The position numbers and the translations under genes were made by a program. Shown in pieces: positions 58,030 to 64,000 of a stretch of 64,000 bases of DNA. The stretch comes from Vulcanimicrobiota bacterium (GTDB lineage: Bacteria > Vulcanimicrobiota > Vulcanimicrobiia > Vulcanimicrobiales > Vulcanimicrobiaceae). The stretch is from assembly GCA_003135555.1 (NCBI GenBank), contig PLCF01000085.1, forward strand, positions 184,589-248,588, given 5' to 3'. Position 1 is the stretch's first letter. Each line of letters opens with the position of its first letter. The notes under the pieces are model-generated. The model saw only the letters and a program-made list of their open reading frames with translations, did no database searches and had not been told where the DNA came from.

Positions 58030-59108
58030 CGTCGACCGACGCGTTCATCGTCGCCTCCGCGCAGGGCGACTATCGGGTCGACTCGTTCGACCGCCTCGAC
58101 GCCCTGCTGGCCGAAATCGTCCGGATCGACGGCGCCATCGTGGTCGCGGACGAGCGCGTGGCCGAACTCTACCGCGACGCGTTTGCCGCGCTCGGCGACA
58201 TCCCGGTTTACCGGCTGGCCGCGACCGAGCGCGAGAAGACCCTCGCCGGCGTCGAGCGCGTGATGCTATCGATGCAGGCGACGGGTGCCGGCAAGCGCAG
58301 CGTCGTCGTCGGCATCGGCGGCGGGATCGTTCAAGACGTGGCGACGCTCGCTGCGCACCTCTGGTTTCGCGGTATCGAGTTCGTCTTCGTTCCCACGACG
58401 CTCTTGGCCATGGCCGACAGCTGCATCGGCGCTAAGAGTGCGGTGAACCTGGGAGCTTTCAAGAACCAGATCGGCACGTTTCACTCACCGTCCCGCGTGC
58501 TGATGTGCCACCGGTTCGCCGCCACGCTTTCGGACGACGACGTCCGGTCCGGCTATGGTGAGATGGTCAAGCTCGCGATCATCGACTCCGCGGCGCGGTT
58601 CGCCGAGCTCGAGCGCGACGTCGAGGCGGGCGGATTTCGCGGACCGCGTCTGGATCGGCACATCCGCGCCAGCCTCGAGACCAAGCGACGGATCATCGAG
58701 GTCGACGAGTACGAGCGCGATCTGCGCCGAGTGCTCAACTACGGTCACACCTTCGGCCACGCGCTGGAATCCGTCACCGACAACGCCGTACCGCACGGGT
58801 TGGCCGTCGCATGGGGCGTCGACGTCGCAAACTTCATTGCCATGCGCAACGGGTACTTCGCCGAGGCCGGCTATGCGCAGGTACACCGCTTCCTGGCGGC
58901 AGCCTTCGCGCTGCGCCCGGCCGCCGCGTACGGCGCCGCCGGACTGCTCGAGGCGATTCGGCGCGACAAGAAAGCCGCATCGGGAAGCGTCAAGCTCATC
59001 CTGCCCTACGGCTGCGGCGACGTTCGCGTGGTTTCGACGGCGATCGATGCGAAGCTCGAAGCGCACATCGATGCGTACCTCCGCACCGACGACATCTTTG
59101 CGCGCTGA
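58026..59108 (+). CDS. AroB-related sugar-phosphate cyclase (3-dehydroquinate synthase family)
   Basis: GGGIVQD, PTTLLAMADSCIGAKS, KNQIG, GEMVK, LNYGHTFGHALE, PHG. Confidence 0.88.
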   Translation: MTSTDAFIVASAQGDYRVDSFDRLDALLAEIVRIDGAIVVADERVAELYRDAFAALGDIPVYRLAATEREKTLAGVERVMLSMQATGAGKRSVVVGIGGGIVQDVATLAAHLWFRGIEFVFVPTTLLAMADSCIGAKSAVNLGAFKNQIGTFHSPSRVLMCHRFAATLSDDDVRSGYGEMVKLAIIDSAARFAELERDVEAGGFRGPRLDRHIRASLETKRRIIEVDEYERDLRRVLNYGHTFGHALESVTDNAVPHGLAVAWGVDVANFIAMRNGYFAEAGYAQVHRFLAAAFALRPAAAYGAAGLLEAIRRDKKAASGSVKLILPYGCGDVRVVSTAIDAKLEAHIDAYLRTDDIFAR

Positions 59109-59109
59109 C

Positions 59110-60150
59110 ATGCCGGACCTCGCAACTCCCCGCCCGCGCAAGCTGATCTCCATCGTCACGCCGCTCTACAACGAGAGCGCGAACGTGGAGGAACTGGCGC
59201 GACGCCTGGGTGCCGTATTCGACCTGTGCGCGGAGCGCTACGACTTCGAGGTGATCGCGGTCGAGAACGGGTCGGCCGACGACACCTATGAGAAGCTCCT
59301 CGCCGTGCGCGCGCACGACCCGCGCTGGAAAGTCATCCAGCTTTCGCGCAACTTCCAGATGGAGGGCGGCATGACCGCGGGGCTGTCCGCGGCGCAGGGT
59401 GACGCGGCGGTGATCATGGCGGCCGACCTGCAAGACGCCCCCGAGCTCATCCCGCGCTTCATCGAGAAGTGGGAGGCGGGCTACGAGAACATCTATCAGG
59501 TAATCAGCCGGCGCCCTGACGAAAGCCGGTTCCGGCGCTTCGCCGCAGCGACGTTTTACCGCATCATCAACCGGGTCAGCGACACGCCGGTACCTCGGAA
59601 TGCCAGCGACTTCCGGCTTGTCGACCGGCTCGTGTACCGCGCCTTCAACCGGCTCGGAGAGCGGAACCGCATGGTGAGAGCGATGTGGGGGTTCATCGGT
59701 TTTCGCTCGTGCGGCATCGAGGCCGAACGTGCGCCTCGGCACGGCGGCAGATCGAGTTACAACTTTCTTCTGTCCGTGTCGTTCGCGCTGCGGGGAATTC
59801 TGTCGTCGTCCAACGTTCCGCTCAAGATCATCCCGTTCTTGGGGGCGGCGTGCGCGCTGCTGTCGTTCGTGATCCTGGTGGGCGTCGTCGCGCGCGCCTA
59901 CCTCTACGGCGTGCCGTTCGATGGCTTCGGAACGATCACCGGGCTGATGCTGATGCTCTTCGGTTTCTTGTTCCTGCTGCTCGGACTCGTTAGCGAGTAC
60001 ATCGGCATGATCTACCACGAGACGCGCCACCGTCCGTCGTTCATCGTGCGCTCGGCCCACGGCTTGGCGACGGAGGATTTGCTGGGGGAACCTTTAGGTG
60101 ACGGCGCCGCGGTGCCAGCGCAGCGTTCGGTCGAGAGCGCCGGCGAGTGA
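59110..60150 (+). CDS. Undecaprenyl-phosphate glycosyltransferase (GtrB/ArnC-like GT2)
   Basis: VTPLYNE, ENGSAD, LSRNF, AADLQDAP, SDFRLVDR, two C-terminal TM helices, EYIG.IY.E...RP. Confidence 0.9.
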   Translation: MPDLATPRPRKLISIVTPLYNESANVEELARRLGAVFDLCAERYDFEVIAVENGSADDTYEKLLAVRAHDPRWKVIQLSRNFQMEGGMTAGLSAAQGDAAVIMAADLQDAPELIPRFIEKWEAGYENIYQVISRRPDESRFRRFAAATFYRIINRVSDTPVPRNASDFRLVDRLVYRAFNRLGERNRMVRAMWGFIGFRSCGIEAERAPRHGGRSSYNFLLSVSFALRGILSSSNVPLKIIPFLGAACALLSFVILVGVVARAYLYGVPFDGFGTITGLMLMLFGFLFLLLGLVSEYIGMIYHETRHRPSFIVRSAHGLATEDLLGEPLGDGAAVPAQRSVESAGE

Positions 60151-61134
60151 GGTGCGTTCGCGCAGGCCGAGCTCCGCGCGCGCGCGTGCCGTCGACGGGA
60201 CGTAGCGATGGGCCGGCCCCGATGCCTCCGCTGGGCCGCGGATCTCGATCTGCGGACTGCGGCCCGAGGCGCTGGCCACGGCTTGGGCGAGCTCGACGAC
60301 CGATACGCCGTGTTCCGAACCGACGTTGTAGGCGCGACCTGCCGAACCTCGGGCCAGGATTCGCCACAGCCACGTCGTCAAGTCCGCGGCGTAGAGATAA
60401 GACCTGACCGCGTTTCCGCTGCCGCTCACCACGATCGGCCCCGACCCGATTGCGTCGCGGATGAAGTTCCCGACGGCGAAGTGCGTGTCGATCGGAAGAT
60501 ACGGCCCCACGAAGGTGAAGAGGCGCGCGACCTTCACGGCCGGCCCGCCTGACGCGGCTGCGATCGCGCCGAGCAGTTCGGCGCAGCGCTTCCCTTCGTG
60601 ATAGGCCTCGCGCGGTTGGAGCGGATCCGGGCCGCCGCCGTATTCCTCGCCGACATGTGAGAGATCGGCCGGCTGGCGGCCGTAGACGGCGCCCGAGCTG
60701 GTGAACAGAAATGGAATCGCGCCGCTGCGCGCCGCGACGGCGAGGGTCGCACGCTGACCGGCCACGATCGTGTCGATCATCTCGGCGGGCCGGCTCTCGT
60801 TGAGCGCCGCGCTGGCCGGCGTTGCGGCATGCAAGACCGCGTCGTACGTTCCACGGTCGGGCGCCGCGTCGCGGACGTCACCGCGAATCAGCGTGACCCC
60901 CGGCGCGTTCGCGATGGCCGGCGAACGGCGCGCAAATGCGTCCGGGTCACGGGTCAGCACGTCGAGGCGGATCGACGTCGCGAGATGGTTGTTTGCGTGC
61001 ACGGCCGATGCCAGAAACCAGGTGCCGACGAACCCGGTTCCACCGGTGACGTAGAACCGCGTTCCGCGGAACACCGCGATGTCCGATTCGGCATCCTCGA
61101 CGACCTCGTCCAGGTCGGAGGCGAGCGAGATCAC
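60094..61134 (-). CDS. NAD-dependent epimerase/dehydratase (extended SDR)
   Basis: [31 protein letters not shown]. Confidence 0.88.
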   Translation of the reverse strand: MISLASDLDEVVEDAESDIAVFRGTRFYVTGGTGFVGTWFLASAVHANNHLATSIRLDVLTRDPDAFARRSPAIANAPGVTLIRGDVRDAAPDRGTYDAVLHAATPASAALNESRPAEMIDTIVAGQRATLAVAARSGAIPFLFTSSGAVYGRQPADLSHVGEEYGGGPDPLQPREAYHEGKRCAELLGAIAAASGGPAVKVARLFTFVGPYLPIDTHFAVGNFIRDAIGSGPIVVSGSGNAVRSYLYAADLTTWLWRILARGSAGRAYNVGSEHGVSVVELAQAVASASGRSPQIEIRGPAEASGPAHRYVPSTARARAELGLRERTSLAGALDRTLRWHRGAVT

Positions 61135-62474
61135 TTCGAGACGTCGGCCGTAGCGGGAGCTTCCACGATCGCGCGAGCGATGAACTCGATCTCCGGGTCG
61201 CCGAGGCCCGGAAAGGTTCCAACCCAGAAAACGTCGTTCATGATCACGTCGGCGTTCACCAGTTCGCCGACGCTGCGATAGGCAACGTTCGCGTACGCGG
61301 GCTGATGCACGAGGTTGCCGGCGAAGACGAGCCGCGTTCCGATCTTGCGATCGGTAAGGCGCGCGACGAGCGTGTTGCGATCGATCGGCGCGCCCGGCAG
61401 GACGCGGATCGGAAAGCCGAACCACGACGACGATCCACCCTGCGCTTCGCCCGGAAGCCCCACCCATGGGACGTCGGAGAGCAGTCCGAAGAGCCGTTGC
61501 GCATTGCGCTTGCGGTCCGCGATGAAGCCGTCGATCTTCTCGAGCTGTGCGACGCCGACCGCGGCTTGCATGTCCGTCAGCTTGAGGTTGTAGCCGAGAT
61601 GGGTGTACGTGTACTTGTGGTCGTAGCCGTAGGGCAAATCGCCGAGCTGCCAGTCAAAGCGCTTGCCGCACGTGTTCTCCTTGCCCGGCGCACACCAGCA
61701 ATCGCGTCCCCAGTCGCGGAACGATTCCACGATCTTGCGGAGTTTCGGCGAGCGCATCAGCACCGCTCCGCCCTCGCCCATCGTCAGATGATGCGCCGGG
61801 TAGAAGCTGACGGTCGCGAGATCGCCGAAGGTCCCGACCTGCGCGCCGTTCCAGGTCGCTCCCACCGCGTCGCAGGTGTCCTCGATCATCCAGAGGTCGT
61901 GCCGGCGGCAAAAGTCGCGCAGCGCTTCGGGATCGTACGGATTCCCCAGCGTGTGCGCGAGGATGACGGCCTTGCTGCGGGGCGATATCGCGCGCTCGAA
62001 CTGCGTGAGATCGGCATTGTACGTCGTCAGCTCGCTGTCGACGAAGACCGGGATGCAGCCGGCTTGCACGATCGGGTTCACGGTGGTGGGAAAACCCGCC
62101 GCCGCCGTGATCACCTCATCCCCCGGGCGTAGCCGGCGTTCGCCCAGTTCCGGCGACGTCAGCGCCATCAAGGCGCACAGATTCGCCGACGACCCCGAGT
62201 TCACGAGGACGCACTCGCGCACGCCGAACCAGCTTGCAAACTCCTTCTCGAAGCGCGACGCGTAGCGACCGGCGGTCAGCCAGAAGTCGAGCGAGGCGTC
62301 GACGAGCGCCACCAGCTCGCGTTCGTCGAACGTTCGCCCGCTGACGGGGACGGCGTCCTCGTCGGGTCTGAAGCTGCGCTCCTCGTACGCCGCGCGGAAG
62401 TACGTCCGCGTGCGGGCGAGGATGTCGTTGCGAAGACGTTCGGCCTCGGAGCTGTTGCTCTTGTCGCGAAGCAT
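61131..62474 (-). CDS. rfbH: CDP-4-keto-6-deoxyglucose 3-dehydrase (E1, DdhC)
   Basis: [22 protein letters not shown] (His in place of Lys), WGRDCWC....NTC Fe-S motif, YDHKY. Confidence 0.95.
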   Translation of the reverse strand: MLRDKSNSSEAERLRNDILARTRTYFRAAYEERSFRPDEDAVPVSGRTFDERELVALVDASLDFWLTAGRYASRFEKEFASWFGVRECVLVNSGSSANLCALMALTSPELGERRLRPGDEVITAAAGFPTTVNPIVQAGCIPVFVDSELTTYNADLTQFERAISPRSKAVILAHTLGNPYDPEALRDFCRRHDLWMIEDTCDAVGATWNGAQVGTFGDLATVSFYPAHHLTMGEGGAVLMRSPKLRKIVESFRDWGRDCWCAPGKENTCGKRFDWQLGDLPYGYDHKYTYTHLGYNLKLTDMQAAVGVAQLEKIDGFIADRKRNAQRLFGLLSDVPWVGLPGEAQGGSSSWFGFPIRVLPGAPIDRNTLVARLTDRKIGTRLVFAGNLVHQPAYANVAYRSVGELVNADVIMNDVFWVGTFPGLGDPEIEFIARAIVEAPATADVSK

Positions 62475-62612
62475 CAGGTGAGTCGCGTGGTACCCGGGAG
62501 ATCGAGGGGGTCGAAGCCGTTCACGCGGCCGGTATTCTGCGGCCTCGTGCTGATCGCCCGCGCCGCCCCCCCGGGACTTCCGATGCCGCACGGCCAAAGT
62601 CACCCGCTAGCT

Positions 62613-64000
<1,388 letters not shown>

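Noticed and set aside
58026..59108. Housekeeping aroB
   Set aside because: No aroK/aroC/aroD context; coupled to sugar-modifying genes, so the symbol is withheld.
60094..60150. Overlapping 3' ends of convergent genes (also 49722-49739)
   Set aside because: Short tail overlaps are common in compact GC-rich genomes; no sign of a dedicated function.

Overview
High-GC bacterial window. The lipoprotein and S53-protease style tentatively suggests a soil lineage such as Eremiobacterota, but this is inference only. Most of the window is a very large, multi-operon cell-surface glycan locus. It holds dTDP-rhamnose genes (rfbB/A/D) and a transaldolase-led gmhA/hddA/gmhB/hddC operon with a Gfo/Idh/MocA enzyme, an SDR and a Cys-less UDP-glucose-dehydrogenase homologue; this gene set mirrors the lincosamide GDP-octose pathway. 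It also holds a CDP-glucose/C-methyl-sugar module and a ThDP-enzyme/HpcH-aldolase/SDR/AroB-like-cyclase/GT2 operon converging on rfbH, a candidate route to a branched or carbocyclic sugar. Other glycan genes include many glycosyl-, methyl- and acyltransferases, a WbdD-like methyltransferase-kinase-coiled-coil protein, and PilZ-gmd. Interspersed are two lipoproteins that share one tectonin-like propeller but carry different protease domains (S53 vs HExxH metallopeptidase), another S53 lipoprotein, an SGNH lipoprotein, kamDE (lysine 5,6-aminomutase) and a dacB operon. Three tandem secreted beta-helix paralogues each have their own conserved 64-bp upstream element and terminator. No rRNA, tRNA, CRISPR array or transposase was seen. 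All calls rest on motif reading by eye; no database searches were run, and several start codons are my own estimates.
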